DNA of 64,000 bases from the NCBI RefSeq assembly GCF_006345805.1, contig NC_043006.1, positions 28,582,001 through 28,646,000 of the forward strand, in the 5' to 3' direction. This DNA comes from Octopus sinensis. Its lineage: Eukaryota. The translations under genes and the position numbers were made by a program. Below, piece after piece: positions 63,192 to 64,000 of the stretch (within the stretch, counting starts at the first letter, position 1; every line of letters begins with the position of its first letter). The notes under the pieces are model-generated. The model did not search any database and was not told the origin of the DNA. It saw nothing but the letters and a program-made list of their open reading frames with translations.

Positions 63192-63226
63192 ATTTCTGAA
63201 GAAGAGCAAGGCTTGAAACGTTAAAT
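63192..63226 (+). ncRNA. Candidate minimal type-I hammerhead ribozyme
   Basis: ATTT-CTGAAGA-A-GAGC AAG GCTT-GAAAC-GTT-AAAT. Confidence 0.65.
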
Positions 63227-63394
63227 CCTCTTTCCTTCCTTTCCTGAGCATCTGATAATACAGTACTTGCACCACATCCTTGTGTTATTGTTTTTCTTGT
63301 CAGTTCTTCTTTGTTTGGATTCACTATATACCACACGTTCACAATTATTTTCCTAATCTCTGTCATTAATATATTTGATTATAAAATAACTTAC

Positions 63395-63465
63395 TTGCAC
63401 TGTCCAGTATTTTGGTCACAGTTCAGGTTATTATTCATAACACCGCGGGCATTACAACCACATTG
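63395..63465 (-). CDS. LanA: Laminin alpha exon, LE repeat
   Basis: QCGCNARGVMNNNLNCDQNTGQCK; AG at 63466-7, GT at 63393-4; phase 0 to 2. Confidence 0.9.
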
Positions 63466-64000
63466 CTATGGAAAAAGGAAACAGCAGCAAAGTCAAATTT
63501 CAAGATTTATTTATTTACTTCAGAAAATGTGTTTAGTGAAGAACAGCATCATTTGCAACAGACTTCCAATTAGTCAATCTGGAATGCACTGCACTTCTGA
63601 TGATGACACTAACAACAGAACACACACATAACTTAGGTGGAATAAATATTACAAGGTATTTATGTCAAAGCACATCAGTTTATCAGTTTTGTCACCGATG
63701 TAGTCACTTTCCATTGATAAACACCAATAAAAGATATTTGTATATTGCATAATCAGAGGAGGAAAGGCAGTCCCATGACCCTTTATAGGGAGTCTGAGAT
63801 AGGGAAGGAGAGAAGAAAAAAGTTATTTTCAGATCAAAGACCTGCCTGAAGGCTTGAAGCATGGCAGACCCCAGTAAAGGCATGTAAGGGTCAGCTGGTC
63901 ATTTTAAAACTGGATATCAAATTAAATTTTGCATCTATGAACAATAAAGTTTTTCTCCTTTAAAAAAACTCCCAACCTTCATTGTCAGAATGAATAAGAA

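Larger units (their letters stand above)
1882..63465 (-). other. LanA: Laminin alpha chain gene (alpha3/5, LanA/LAMA5 type), internal portion with 29 visible coding exons; 5' and 3' ends outside the window
   Basis: Exons traced by hand, all AG...GT with matching phases except one gap. Domain order LE-LE-L4-6xLE-coiled coil-LG1. Motifs such as CACPMPVASNNFAKNC, VEKCHCPASYRGTSCE and DFLALELVDNYVVMKYNLGSG match alpha3/5 laminins as I recall them (no search run). Confidence 0.95.

Overview
AT-rich, microsatellite- and transposon-dense animal DNA. The SINE and repeat set resembles Octopus / coleoid cephalopods (inference, not verified). The window is an internal part of one large minus-strand gene, a laminin alpha chain of the alpha3/5 (Drosophila LanA / vertebrate LAMA5) type. 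I traced 29 GT-AG exons by hand (3,802 nt, ~1,267 codons) from LE repeats through the L4 (domain IV) module, six more LE repeats and the coiled coil into LG1. Both gene ends lie outside the window. Splice phases are continuous except across 37765-41501, where an exon is missing, probably in the 100-N gap at 39493-39592. The introns hold tRNA-derived SINEs, RTE and CR1-like LINE remnants, Penelope-like element (PLE) fragments, mariner (DD34D) and maT (DD37D) fossils, MITEs, Helitron/Helentron derivatives and a deleted Gypsy. Main unexpected signal: several distinct minimal type-I hammerhead-ribozyme motifs. One has a U3:A8 compensated core, one is the intact arm of a foldback whose other arm has decayed, and one sits in a short TSD-flanked mobile unit. 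Also notable are a clean twin-primed RTE insertion, a tandem array of branch-point plus pyrimidine-tract modules at an acceptor, a spacerless palindrome and an RGD motif in an LE loop. Most ORFs in the supplied track are microsatellite or SINE artefacts.
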